NCBI GenBank assembly: GCA_024679065.1
Contig: JAGIQG010000003.1
Span: 98,394,001 to 98,458,000, forward strand
Direction of reading: 5' to 3'
Origin: Sphyrna mokarran
Lineage: Eukaryota
DNA: 64,000 nt
The notes under the pieces were generated by a model. That model was not told the DNA's origin. It ran no database searches and saw nothing but the letters and a program-made list of their open reading frames with translations. A program made the position numbers and the translations under genes. Positions 37,499-51,196 of this stretch are shown here, piece after piece (the first letter of the stretch is position 1; each line of letters opens with the position of its first letter).

Positions 37499-38664
37499 TG
37501 TATTTGATATTATAACACGACTACTGGGCATCAAGGATTATCCGCTCATGAACCCTGAATCCATGCAGACCTACTCAGTAAGCCAACAGTGAAAGCCTTG
37601 TTGCCATAGGAGTATTACAGGCACCATCTGCATCGATGGTTTGTTGCATAAACTACTCTGGAGGAGTCCTACAGTATACACCTGGGCTGGTATTAAGATA
37701 TGATAGTTGCATGCTGAACACTGTCCATTATGAATAACAGTCCTTGCTATCACCCATCAGGTGAGAGGTTGAGGAGCAGTAACATGCAAAGAAGGAAATA
37801 AAAATAATAAGTACAAGGGAACAGCAGTTTCCTGCCAAGATACTATGTGATTAAATAATTGATGAGCGCAGGTGGGAATGGCAATGGAGAAGGAGAGTCC
37901 AACAAGAGTTCCCAAAGAGATTGAAAGAATTCTATTACTATACATTTGAATGTAATTAGTGGTGGTGGGGAGGGGTGTGTCCATGGGGGGACTGTCTTGT
38001 CCATGGTGGGGGGGGGGGCGGATTTTCCTGGGGGTAGGTCTGTGTCCAGTATGGGTAGAAATTCCCTTATCTAGGGGTGGCATGTGTATGGGGATTCCCT
38101 GGGATGGGGATAGTTTAGTGACTGTGCGAGGGTGCAGGGAGGGGATATTGTGTTTAGATCACAGGGCCCCAATCTCTTGAAGGCACATTTTGCTGCCAGC
38201 ACCTCCCTACCAGCATGACATCTCCAAGACACTTTTTGACTAAGTGTCAAAAAATAATGGGGGACAGCCAACAGTTGAACCAGTAGGCTACATATCATTC
38301 TTCCTGTCTGAGTTGACACTTAAGTTAAAAAAATTCTGCCCATTATCACTGCAACGCATCCACAACACTGAGAGCGTCCGTGTTTGGGATGCGACCATGT
38401 TGCAGCTTAAGGGTGCTCAGGAAGCGAGGAAATGAATGATTGCCAGACAGTCAGGGAAGGCTAGGCAGGTATTGCCACTGAGGACATTTCCAACCCGGCT
38501 AAGGGCAATGTTTCCTTTCATAGCCAGAGCCAAGTCCATTACATGTGAATGACTTAGCTGCGTTGGGGAGGGATGTGTGTGGAATGCAGGTAGGTGAAAG
38601 ATCAGGAAAGCAATATTGGAATTGAAAGGAATTTCAGTAGTTAGGGGAGCAAACAGACATTTCA

Positions 38665-40425
38665 ATGATTCAGAATGATATGTTGCTAGTGTCAGGAATG
38701 TCATCGAACAGTTGCAGAACATCCTGAGAAAGGAGTGTAAATAGCCAGAGTTGTGGTCAATGTACTTATCAATAACATAAATCTAGGCCTTTACTGGATG
38801 TCAAAAGTGCATACAAAGTACGATAAGAAGAAAGCTTATGTCAGGTGTCTTAACAAGCTCAAAACTGCAGAAACATCAAAAAGAAAGTGCAGGGATGAAT
38901 TTTTAAAAAGTTAGCAAAGCAAAGAGATGGCCGGAAAATATTTTGACAAGTTAAAAATCATGAAAAATCTAAAGAGCAAAAAAAAACTAATGAAGGATTA
39001 GAATCAATTAGAGACCAAAAAGGTAAGGTTTGCATTTGTTTTCATAAAAGGTGAGAACAAAGCAGACACTGTTGTTTGGGAGGAGGAATGTAGAATGGGG
39101 AAGGAAACATTAAGATGTTTATTATCCTTCAAAGTGGATAAATCACCAGGCTCAGCTTAAATTTACCCAAGGGTCTAAGGGAAAAAAAATAGTTGAGACT
39201 TGAATTATTATTTTCCAGTCTTCTCTGGCTAAATACTGGTGGACTGCTAACATTGTACAGTTGTTTAAAAAGGGAAGAAGTGATAGCCTGAGTAATTAGA
39301 GGCCCACCAATCAAAGGTCAAAGTTGGGCAAATTATTGGAAAAAAAGTCTAATAAGCAATATACATAGTAATTTAAAGAGTTACAGATTAATCAAGGCAA
39401 TTGGTTTGAATTTGTGAAGGAAAGATTATGTCTGACAATCGTAACAAATTTGACATAGTTTACTGAATTTTGGCAAGACTTTTGACAAAGTTCCACACAG
39501 TGGGCTGGTCAAAAAATTAAAAAATGGAATTCAAGCAAAAATGGCAAATTGGAATCAAAGATCAATGGCAGGAAGCAAAAGGTTATGACTGACAGGTGTT
39601 TTTGTGACTGTTACTAGTGAATGTAGTAAGAAGTGCTGAGTATTGAATGGAATCCTTACTATTCTTGATGTATATCAGCAATGCATTTGAGGAAGACAAA
39701 TGAGGCAAGGGAACACAGAAAGAAAATGATTTTGAAAAATGTAAAGGAACATAAGACATTGAAGTGTATGTTTGTTGATCTCAGAGTAGCAGCAGAGATG
39801 GATTATTTGGTCAAAAGGGTATATGAGGCTCTTTTATTTGCTGAAGCCTAGAGCATAGGTGCTAGGTTATGCTAGAACTGTATAAAACACTAATTAGGCC
39901 ACCACTAGAGTACCATGTACAGTTCTAGACACTGCATTACTGGAAGGATGCGATCATGCTAGAAGTGTATACAAGAGATTCACAAGGATGTTGTCAGGTC
40001 CACAAAAATGCGGAAAGATTGTATAGGCTGTGGCTGTGTTCTTTCGAACAGAGAATGCTGAGGGAGATCTGATTGAGATGTATAAAATTATAAGGAGCTT
40101 AGTTAAAGTAGATAGAATAATTTATTTCTGTTAGCAGAGAATTCAATAACCAGGGATTGTATTTGAAAGTAATTTATAGAAAGATTGGAAGGGAATTGCA
40201 GAATATTTTTCTTTCATCCAGAGGAAGGTGGGGAATGGATGGAACTCATTACCTGAAAGGGTAATGGAGATAGAAATCCTCATCACATTAAGGAATAAAC
40301 ACTTGGAAATGCACATGGTCTGCTAAAAGGGCTACACACTGAGAGCGGGATGATGGAATTAATTTGGAAAGGTCTTTTTCAGCAAGCATGGAGGCTGAAT
40401 GGCCTCCTTCTGTGCTGCAAATATA
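38665..40425 (+). mobile_element. Old, internally deleted CR1 (ORF1 esterase remnant, ORF2, tail)
   Basis: VRNVIEQLQNILR…PE.VV..TN. (SGNH-esterase ORF1), then VDKSPG, FGKTFDKVPH, LYKTLIRPPLEYHVQF, LRGDLIEMYKI, and tail GAATGGCCTCCTTCTGTGCTG. Confidence 0.85.
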
Positions 40426-40461
40426 CTATTATAGGGATACATTTGGATAATAAAGTATATT

Positions 40462-41181
40462 GGGTGGAATTCTCATAATCCCCACCATTGGGTTTGATAG
40501 CAGGTGTGGGGAGAATGATTATGGAAGGAGGCCCAGAAATTGATTTCACATCTCTGTGAATTTACAGTGAGATCTTCCACTGATGCCTTCCACAGCGGGT
40601 TGGAAAAATCACCAGATGCAGATGTGAACCTAATTTGCATCCATTAATGGGATGCAAATAAAGGCCCAAGCCCCCTCATGTCAGGTTCTCCATGATGCCA
40701 TTTGGAAAACATACCAATGTGAAACGTGTTTGGATTAACTGTGTGTGCGCAGATGTCAGGACTCACCTAAACAGTGCTCAGGGCTGCCTCTGGAGTTCTA
40801 GGTGGAGGCTGCTGGCAATCCTGGACCCAGAACACCACAGCAGTGGATTAGGGGGACATCTGCAGGTGGATCTTCCAGATTCATTGTCCTGCAGAGGGGT
40901 CGATCTTCCAGCTTCAAACTTCTCCAAGAAATCTATCTTCAATTTCAGGAGTCCACCTTCTTTCTTCAATAGTTGGTCAGTGATGTTGGGCATTTTTTCA
41001 GTATGGCACCCAGACATGCACCATCCATGTCATTGAATATGGCCTGAAACTTGTGGGTACATAATTAATGAAGTTGGGGGTGTAAGATTTGGTGTGTTTC
41101 CCCTCTACCTCTGCAGCGGGAAACATTCTGTGTTTCTGCTCCCACCATGGCACTTAGTATCAAAATGGGAGAATTTCACCA
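40462..41181. mobile_element. Non-autonomous Harbinger-type element
   Basis: Bounded by GGGTGGAATTCTC … GAGAATTTCACC (inverted match), with a GC-richer interior than the flanks. Confidence 0.6.
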
Positions 41182-44100
41182 ATGTTTCTGTTGGTAATTA
41201 ATAGACTTTATTGTAAGTCATTAACCTCAAAGTAGACCTCAATAACTTCATGAGGTTACTCAGTCAACCAAAGTTAAAATTACGTTGTTACTAGTCTAGG
41301 CCTATGTAACATAGGTATGATGAGTCCTCTGTATAATCATACACTAGTTTAGGAGGCAGTACGGAGAAATCTAAGGCATTGTCTTCCTCTTAAGAAACTG
41401 ATTGAGCAGGTGCCTTAATCAGCTACATTTCATCTTTTTTGGAGAGTTAAAATGGCCTGTAAAACAAATTATTTTAGTGATGAAATGTGAGTGTGTATTG
41501 TCAGTTGTTCTTTGTGTCTTTGATATTAAAAATATGACATTATTATGAACAATATGCTAAAACACATGTATCATACAAATGCTCCATTCTTTATAAACAG
41601 TAGTTGATCTTTTCCAGTAAGATTTCTAATAGATCTTTTGCACGTAAAGATCAGGGGAAACAAATTGTGAGACTAACTTCTTCATTTTTCTATCAGTGAA
41701 AGTCATTGTGACATTATTTTCTGATACGTTACAAATTCCAGAGATCCATCTTGCTTTTGCTTTTATTTCTTCCTTTCTTAAGTCCTGAATATAGCAATAT
41801 TTCTCAACCAAGATTGACAAGGGATCCAGCTTGAAAACACCTACCGTTTCTTTTGGACCAGTACTAGAAAGATATTATAATTATGCAAAAAATATCAAAT
41901 CAAATACTTAATTTTTAAAATACACTGCATTCTTAAATCCTACCTTGGGATAAATCTAAGTAGCTGCATCCTTCAACATGGTTCTGTGTTGAGAGCTTTC
42001 AGAAACATTGTGCACTATGTTGGTGACATCATTTGAAGGCTGGATGGAGATCGCTGGATATAAAATCTCTATTGTACTTGGTACATTTTACTACACAGGC
42101 AATTCAGCATAAAAATTGTCTTCATTCAGTCTATTAAGTTTCATGAAATTGCTTAAAAAAAATAAAGTCTCCTAAAAGCCAGTGATGTCTTACTAACATA
42201 ATACCTTTCACTTGAATATTTTCAATTTAAACTCAGAACAAGTAGTGTGTGCTGCATCACTGTGCCACGGGATATAGGATAATTTTTTTGAAAATACAGT
42301 GAGATTAGAAGCTAATTCTGTCACTTCATATTCTATGGCACTGGCAAATATCTTATCGACTGTCTGAAATTTTGTAATTTTTAAATGCATAGTTTTCTTG
42401 ATTTACTGAGTTTTTAAACTTTCATATATTGTTCAGCTAAATTTTCAACTTATTCACTTTTACACATACATTCACACAAAGATTGCAAATGAAAGAACCA
42501 ATGATATTCACACACACTGCAGTAAAACACAGCTTACTAGTTACATGAAGTACAAATAGGAAAAGCTAAATGATGCTGATTTCTCCCCCCTCCCTTTGCT
42601 TATTACAGAGGCAGATTTTTTCTATCATTAATGAAGGTAATTTGCTGTGGTTGAGGGATTGCAATTCAAAAGAATTAATTCCACATTCCCATTTCAAGAT
42701 TTAAACACATCTTAGACTTTTTCACAGGTCGTCTGTTAGTGGATGGTGTTACTCTCGCATAGCAGCTAATGGGCTTGAACCACAGCCTGTCATTTATTGT
42801 TACCTAAGTGTGTAGGTCCTTTGCCCTTGATGGTGTCTGGCTTTCCTAACAGAGCAAGTGTGTTTAGTACAGCATTACGCATATATGGTGCATTTTAAAT
42901 ACACTTTAGTAAGTAGTAAAGTGACTTCTATGCAGTATGGTCACTGAATTGTGTTAAATGCTTAAAGTAGGGTTGTTGAGGGAGGTGCAACATGCAACTC
43001 TGAGATTAAACTTGATATTAGATTTTTATATTACTTTCTTTTGTTGTAACTATAAATAGCAGCAGTTTGCTTGCTCAGATAATGAGCAATATAACCAATA
43101 CAAAAATGAGAAATCAAAGAGGCATTTTACATGCAATAGGTTTCCAGACCATTTTCATGAACAAATAACAGTCAGAGGAGCTATCTGCCACACTAAAGAG
43201 AGCTTCCTTTTTAAATCTGCTATTTATTATCTGTAAGGTTTCTGACATTGTTAAAATAAGATGCTTTCTCGTTCTCAATTAACTTAAAGCAAGGGTGTTA
43301 AAGATGCAGAAAGCTACTGTGGATGATTACAAGTACGTAAAAATGCAGTACTTTAATGGTACATATTTTCATGTGGCAGCTCTGTTGCCTTTCATTTTGC
43401 AGCTAATATGTCTATTCTTATGAGTCATTTACTTCTTTAATTACCTTTTGGAACTGAGGCATCGTAATGTATTAATGCGAATGATTTTTACAGCCAGTTT
43501 ATCATACAATGCCCCTGAAGTTGAAAGATATAATTGACTTGGAAGAGCAGCTCATGAATGAAACAATATTTAGTTGACAGTTTCCTTGTAGTCTTAGATG
43601 GAGTTTAACAAATATGTACGAGGCAAAAAGAAGTAATGGAGTCAATTAAGAAAAAAACAGAAGCAGGACCCCAAGTAAATTAACAGAAATGAATTACTTT
43701 GCACATAATCCTATTTAAAAATAGAGAAAATATTCATTATAGATTGACACCTTTAGCATTGTGTGTGTTTGACCTTCTTAACTCTGTAGTACATTTTCTA
43801 TGTACAGTAAATGCATCAATAATATTACAGTCAAGTAAATTAACAGATTATAAACTGTAAAGGTATTTATATTCAAATCTTTGTTAACCCATAGAACATG
43901 CGTCTCATGTGTTCTCACATTACATAGTACTGTTGTTTATTTTATGGAATAGTATAAGCTTTTTCGATTTTCTGTTTATGATGTAGACTACTTGAATTTG
44001 AAGATATCGAAATAAAACACATGGAGGTTATGAAATGCTACTTTTTTTTAGCGGGTTAACACTCATTCTCTCGTGCAGCGTAATTCAAATAACATAATGG

Positions 44101-46454
44101 AACTTTCTTGCCATATGTTTTAAGATAGTGGTGAACAAGGTCAGGATATCCAAACAAAGTATTGGTCTCCTGTAAACTGAACCTGTCAACTAGACATTGC
44201 TCTGCTGACCTACCCAGTGTGCAGGGCATTATCTAGTACCAGGCACTGGTTTCATTTATAGCTTAGAGGAGGGGAACCACTGAAGGGGAAGATGTTTACT
44301 TGTCTTACTTGGATTCCTTTATCTAAGAAAAAATTGCACAAGACTCTTAACCAGACCATATTGTATAATTCTGCATTTTAAGAATTTAATGTGAATTTCA
44401 TTTTCTCATAGTAATGGTCTAGTGTAATTTCCTTACTTTTTTACTGCTTTTTATACACAAACCATTTTTGTAATAGGGAAGGGGGAGTTCTGTGGAGTTG
44501 GCGTCCAGATTTAGAGATCTGAACTTAAAGTCCAAATCCAAAACACTCGTACAACAAGAAAAAAAGATTGAAGGTTAGTGCAGAATAATATTTTTAGATT
44601 GTCAGCCAGGAAAATTATTGTCATAATGAGTTAGACTCGACCAAACCACCAGGAAAATGGACACGCAGCCATGAAACCAGTGAAGAAGTTTAACTGATCT
44701 GAAGGTGGTTACAGTTAATATAGAAGCAAAATATGAAAAGGGTTTGTTCACCAGTCTTTCTAGAAGTTGATACAAAATGTCCGTTGAACTTTAAGGAGTG
44801 CAGATGTTCAGTGTGCTGCTCTTAATGTGACATTAACAGCAGCCAACAACATCCCACTCTCCATCTCTGGTACCATTGATTTTTCCCAATAATATATCAT
44901 TATCTAGTTTTTCTTCCCAACCTATTCACTTACCAATCTTTTTTTCAGTTATTACTAAGATGTGCACAGGAGGTACTTTTTTTGGTATTTAGTAACCAAC
45001 TTGTCGACAATTCACCTAATGGAGATTGAGAACACAGCACTTAATATATTATTATATTGGTGCTATACCAGTTAGTTCTACATTCAATATTTTGTTAATC
45101 GCTATGTACATGCAAGTGCAAATTGGCACAAATTGCAGTTTATTTTCTCAAATGTAGATTGATTTTAGATTATACGTTGCATTTTTATGAGCACCTTATT
45201 AATGAGGATGGTGGGGTTTCCTTATTAATAATATCTTGCCGAAGACCTCAAAAATTGACTCTTGTGATAAGCTTATTAACTGCAATAGAATAATAATTTT
45301 AACAGAATTTCTCTCTTTTAGTGCCCTGTTCTTTTTTCCCTGTTTTAATGCCTTTCCAGGAGATTAAATGGCTTTTGGTATCATGAGTGTTGGGCAGACT
45401 TACTGGGCCAGCTCATCTTTTCACGCCTGCTACTTTTGTATATTCATAAATGATAGTATAAGATTTCCATTAGTAATGTGTATTCCCGAATTTGTTTAAG
45501 TTCGAGCTAGTTTTTTGATTATTGAAAGCTGAAGGCAGTTTAAAATTGATGGTCAACATTTTCAAGGTTAAAATGGTCCTAATTTTGTTAGTGAAGATTT
45601 GTGTACTTTGAAGGATTTGAACACTTGTTTTGTACAAATTCTTTGATTTAAACTATAACCTTCAAACATAAGTAGGATAGGATTTCTGATCTAAATGTCA
45701 AGTTCTCTTAAGTACTGAGGAAGTGTGAAACGCTACAGAAAGTCAAGCAGATAACCTTGACATTTGGGACATTGGCTGCCAGGATGCAAAGCCATACTTT
45801 AAAAAAGGACTACATTAAGAGGTCACCTATTAGTGATGTTTTTGCTGACTGTCTGAAAGCCTGGCTTGCCTGTCTATTAAACTCCAACCATTGTGTAAAC
45901 ATTCCTCTGTTGTTCCTGGTCTCCACAATGGCCTCGGGGATCAGGTTTCACCTGTGTGCACATCTTCAAGCAATTATATCAATTAGCTTCAAGTCCATTT
46001 TCACATTCAAGGTCTAAAGTGGTATTCAAAATGTGGCCATTGTTCGTTGAAAATTCAGAACAATCTTTAATTCATGCTACAGGATGTTTAAAGCACCTTT
46101 TAACATTTTATAGACACAAGATGTTGGTTAATATGCTGTATTTTAAAAATATTTATCTCAGTTGTATTAAACAACATTCTGAGAATTGTCATATGCAAAA
46201 GTAGTTTTCAAGGGGAATGTGCTTTTTTTAATTTACCTTATATTTTAAACAAATATTTGCTTACGTCCTACCCCACTGAATTCCTGTTTGGCGGGAATTG
46301 AGTATATTTCTAGGATTGGATCACTAAATGAGGAATTATTTTTTCCCATATTTTGTGCATTAAATAAAAGGATTTATTTGCAATAGTGTATGCTATTGAA
46401 GTAGGATACTGTGGCACTTCATATCCCTTACTTCCAATAAATATATTTTTAAAA

Positions 46455-46625
46455 GAGCAACTCACATTGCAGCACCTTACGTGTCCCCAAGATGCCCACA
46501 GTCTTTTTGAAGAATGGTCACTGTTGTAATGTAGACAACCACAGCAGTTAATTTGCATTTGGTCACATCCCACAGTCAACAATGAGATAATTAACCAGAT
46601 AGTTATTTTGGTGGGCTTGTTACTA
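46455..46625 (-). mobile_element. DeuSINE (SacSINE1/AmnSINE1-like) remnant
   Basis: GTCACTGTTGTAATGTAG…GCAGTTAATTTGCA…ATCCCACA…CAATGAGATAATTAACCAGATA matches the reverse of the recalled Deu-domain 3' part and tail. Confidence 0.65.
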
Positions 46626-47430
46626 TAGACTAATTCCAGAAAGGGCAGGAGTGTAATAGTAACTGTCTCTGATGTAGCTGAGACCGCACCTTGATTTTGC
46701 AATCGGGCTTTATAGGGAAGCAATGTAAACTAAATTATGATTTGGAAAGTTTGTGCTTTCTAACCCAATACCACTTGCTTGATTCCAGGTATGCCAAATC
46801 ACTGCTGTCTAAGCAAAATGTTTAACTGTTGAACACACTTACGTCTGGTTTATATAGTGTCAACACATTGTGTCAAAGAGGGTATTTTGCAGGCTCGCAA
46901 CCTGAAGTGATCACAAGGTGAGATTTCAATCTTGGTTGGATTTTTGAGAGAGGTACGAAATGATTTGAAACATTGATACAGGAAAAGAAACAATATTAGA
47001 AGCTTGGGTAATCCTGGTCAATATCACTACTCATAGTCACTGTTTACAGGGAAATATTAGAAGGCATCAAGGAAAAGATTGCCTGCTTGTTATCACAACT
47101 GAAGAATGTTAGACTATAATAGCATGTAAAAAAGGGGAGGATAATGAAACTAACAAAAGGTTTTCCAACCAACAACTTGCTCTATATGCTATCTTATGGA
47201 AAAACAATAATAATTGACTGGCCAGTCACTGAACATCTATCATAAGTAAAAAAATGTATGGTTAGTGATAGACTACAGTAAATCTTTAAAGATATATTTA
47301 TGTTTAGGATAAATGATGGGAATAGTTTATGAAAGAAGATAAGCTGGAAAGTTATTTCAAACCTGATAACATAAGCAACAGTAAGACTAATTCACAGGAT
47401 GACTAATATTCTATATGTCACTGACACTCT

Positions 47431-47557
47431 GACTGGGATTTTCCAGACCTGCCCATCATTGGAATCATCCAGTCCTGCCAAAAGTTAATGAACCTTAGAC
47501 TGGTCCACTGAGGAAGGTGTGGCAGTCCTGCCATGGTAGAGCCAGAAAATCCCAGCC
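47431..47557. mobile_element. Harbinger-type MITE
   Basis: GACTGGGATTTTC … GAAAATCCCAGCC form 13-bp inverted ends with one mismatch. Confidence 0.7.
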
Positions 47558-47594
47558 TTTAATGCTGCTTTAGAACCATAGAAGTTTGGAACAC

Positions 47595-47808
47595 AGGAGG
47601 AGGTTCACTAATGCTCTTTTTAGGAAGGAACCCTGCCAGCCTTCACCTGGTCTGGTCTGTCCAGTCCCACACCTACATGTATGACTCTCAACTGCCCTTT
47701 GATATGGTTTAGGAAGCCACTCAATTGTATCAAACTCAGAGCAACTAGGAATAGGTGTTGTTTTGGCATTGCCACCGATGCCCACATTCTGACAATGAAT
47801 CAAAGAAA
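47595..47808 (+). mobile_element. SINE 3' half with LINE-derived tail
   Basis: GGTTCACTAATG…AGGAAGGAA..CTGCC..CCTT.ACCTGGTCTGG…AAGCCACTCA…GCAACTAGG…GATGCCCACAT…GAAT.AAA is a recalled common shark retroposon. Confidence 0.6.
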
Positions 47809-49498
47809 ATGCTCCAACAAAACCACCCAGTAAAAGCATTTTACCATAATCCCACTGCTGGTCCTTCTACTTCAGTTTCAATTGATAAACATTTGTCACT
47901 ACTCTTATCAAAACTTTCATGATGTTAAAAAGCTATGCACCAAAAATCTCCATCCTCATTCATGGCTGTGATTCTCCGGTGTGCTGCAAATGAATAGTGT
48001 TTTGGCTGGAACACCACATTCTCTTTTCACACTTGCAGCGGGTTGTCAGGAACGAAATCAGAGAATCCTGCTCATTAAGCCTGTTTTCAATTGTTTTCAA
48101 CTCCATTGGACATTACTCTGGTATATCGAGTCTCTCAACAGAGCTATCGTTTCCCATCTCTAACATGGTTTTTGCCAATTTAGCTATACACTCCCTACAG
48201 TATTCTTTCTATAATGTGGCACATACACATCTGATTGTAGCCTAAGCCATACTTTATATAAATTTATATTTATATCTTTATTTTAATGCTTTATGCTTCT
48301 AATATAAAATCCAAAATGTTGTCAGTTTTACTCACCTATGTCTTCCTCATAACTTCTACATTTTTCCTAGCTACTTGCTGGATTTCCTACTTTCGTGTTA
48401 TCGGCCATTTTTGAGATTGTTTTTATACATAAAATTTATAGCAATTTTCATGAACATTAGTAAATAGAGGAAAGTACACAACAATAAAACCAAAAGCAAA
48501 CTACCACATATATTTCTATATACCTAGTAATTAGGTGGGATAAGTGAAGAAACGATTGTTCAGTTTAGACATAAAGGCTATAGCAATGTTTACTGTTACA
48601 TATGGTTATATTGCAATGTGATATGAAGGCTTGTAATGAAATAGCAGATGCTGACTTGGTAGAAGCAGTGTGGGCACTATGAAGTGACATTTTTAAGTGT
48701 CTTTTGGATAATTGGAAATATACAAGATGCTGGTCGCTTGTTATAGTAATTCTGAATTTATAAACTGTTGACATCTCTCTTTCACATTCTCTGGCCAAGC
48801 TCAACTCTTTGCCATTGTACACTTTGATCTAGATGAGAAACAATACTTGTCACATTGCTTCAATTTTTCCCTTCTTGAGAATGCAGTATACATGTGTGTG
48901 CTGTCCTACATGTGAAATATATGAGATTGTTATGTTTTGGGAGTATGTCTTAACCTAAGGATAAGCTGAAGGGGGAATCATGTTGTCTGATGTGTCCTGA
49001 CAACAGGTCTGGGTGGCGTGGCTGTTAAAAGATTAAATCAAGGCCTGGGTTGTTTTTCTAAGAGAAGGTTTGAGGTATTCGCACTTGGAGACATTGGCAG
49101 CACCATTTGCGCTTACAATGACTAGCCTGGTAATCTCCAAGGTCCCAGGAGTGTGTTGAGAACGTCAGGTTGGAAACAGTTGTGCTTTAAAGTGTCCATG
49201 TGGTTCCAAGATAATAGAGCATTGGTCACTAAAGTATAGCTGATCACCATATCTACCTGGATACAAAACCCTTGTGATTTATGTTGCCATGGTGACGGAA
49301 TTTGAGAGGGAAAGGTTTCTAGGATATCTCTGATATTCACAGACCATTTTATCTGCCAGGAAAGTAGATAAAAAGCAGCAAAATGTTGTGGTTCACCACA
49401 AAGTGCAAATGGGTGAGATCACGCTCTGATTAAAATGGCCAAATTCACGAGGAGTAAAAATGAGGCTGGAAGATTACTTAGCCTATACTACAGAAGGA

Positions 49499-49785
49499 AG
49501 GTCTTGTGGTGCAGTGATAGTGTCGCTACCCCTGGGCCAGTGGCTTTGGGTTCAAGTTCTCCTTAAGGGTTTGATAGCCATAGAAGTTGCTTTTATAGCG
49601 TGGCCGAACAGGTTGATTATCAACCTTCCAAAATGTCTGATGGCAAGTAGTAGTAGGAGGAGAATTTATTGTCAGCTATACTGCAGAAGCAATAGCAAAC
49701 CCCTGCATACTTTGTTAAGCATAACCATGGGCCAATCCAATGGTTGCCAAAGCCCACTTAACTGGTGCCTGAAAGAGGAAGAATC
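49499..49785 (+). mobile_element. tRNA-derived SINE with RTE-like tail
   Basis: A-box-like TGGTGCAGTGAT, B box GGGTTCAAGTTC, and a 3' part GAAGCAATAGCAAACCCCTGCATACTTTG…CCATGG resembling RTE/Bov-B-type ends. Confidence 0.55.
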
Positions 49786-51196
49786 TCTGGAGAAAAACTT
49801 CATCATTAAAGACAGTTCCTTTCTCAATAGTTGAATTGTTAATTTCAGAAAAGAACAGAAGTATATTGCTGAAGCTAAGAATCTCCTTGGACTGGTTCTG
49901 GGAGAATTGAATGTATGCTTAAAAAGCAGTTTAAAATATATCTGTCAAATGTGTTTTCAATTGTGTGAAAAGAAAATCGGACTGCGCTGTTTTATGGTTT
50001 AAAGTATAAGTTGCCTACAACGATGGTGTTTAGCCAAAGTTGCTTTTAATTTCACAAATTGTTGTATTGTAGAAGGAGGCATTTGGCCCATTGTGACTTT
50101 AACAATTTTACAATTGCTTTGTTACAGCAAAGATCTTAAACTGAGAAATCTTATGTCATCCTTTCAACTATTGACCAGAAGTTTGAATTTATTTTGTGAA
50201 GTTACTGGTCTCTACGGAGATTGTTAACAATGATTATAGTCAGTTTTGCTGGTAGGTAGAAAAAACAATGTAGCTGAACAATCAGATTACTGGTGACCCA
50301 CCCACAAGATGAAAAGAATTCTATTTGAAACTTGGATGATAAATTGCCAGTCATTCATAAATTGCCATAAACTGCTTTAAGTGCATGTTGAATTAAACTT
50401 GTAAACAAATGATTTCCATCTATCATTGAGGTTACCAACAAATGATCTGCTTTGAAAAATTATAAACACATTGACAAACAATCTCTCTCTAAATGTATTT
50501 TTAATTTGATTTACTGCTGCAGTTTAATACATGGATTCCTTGTCTAGTGTATCTTGAATACCTTTTTCAGTATTGCTGCAACTTTATAATTATAAAAATA
50601 ACACACTGTGATACCCTGAGATGTTAAAATACATGAAAGGTATATATGCTCACAATGAGATCCAAATTAACTCCTTGAGTACCTTACATTCTTTAAATAT
50701 CTTAATAATGATAGAATCATGTTCAGATAAACAGGATACAATAAATAGTTTGGGAAATGCTTTTCAATTGCACAGTGCAAACAGACCTGTAAATTTTAAC
50801 CAAGCATTACATAAGAAACAATTAGAATACAGTGAAATTCTACTTGATGATTTCCCTTGAACAATTTTTCATGTTGCATTGGGTAACATGAAATAAGAGT
50901 AGGCCATTTTGCCGTTTGCACCTACCTCACCATTCAGTGAGATCAGGATTGATCTGATTATGGATTAAAATCCTCTTTCCTCTTTGCCTCCTACAAACCT
51001 TCACTTCCTTGTCTATCAAAAATCTGTCTAACTCAGCTTTGGATAAATTCAATGACGCAGCCACCACTGCTTTCTGGGGAAGGAAATTCTAAGAAAAAAA
51101 AAGTCCTCCTTATTTCCTTCTCAAAAAGGAAGATCTCATATTCTTAAATTGTGCTCTTGATTCCAGAACACCCTATGAACTCCCCTAAGGATCTTA

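Noticed and set aside
37960-38150. G-rich potential G-quadruplex
   Set aside because: Probably the interior of a Harbinger-derived remnant (TIR-like AAAATTCTGCCC at about 38330); no evidence of function.
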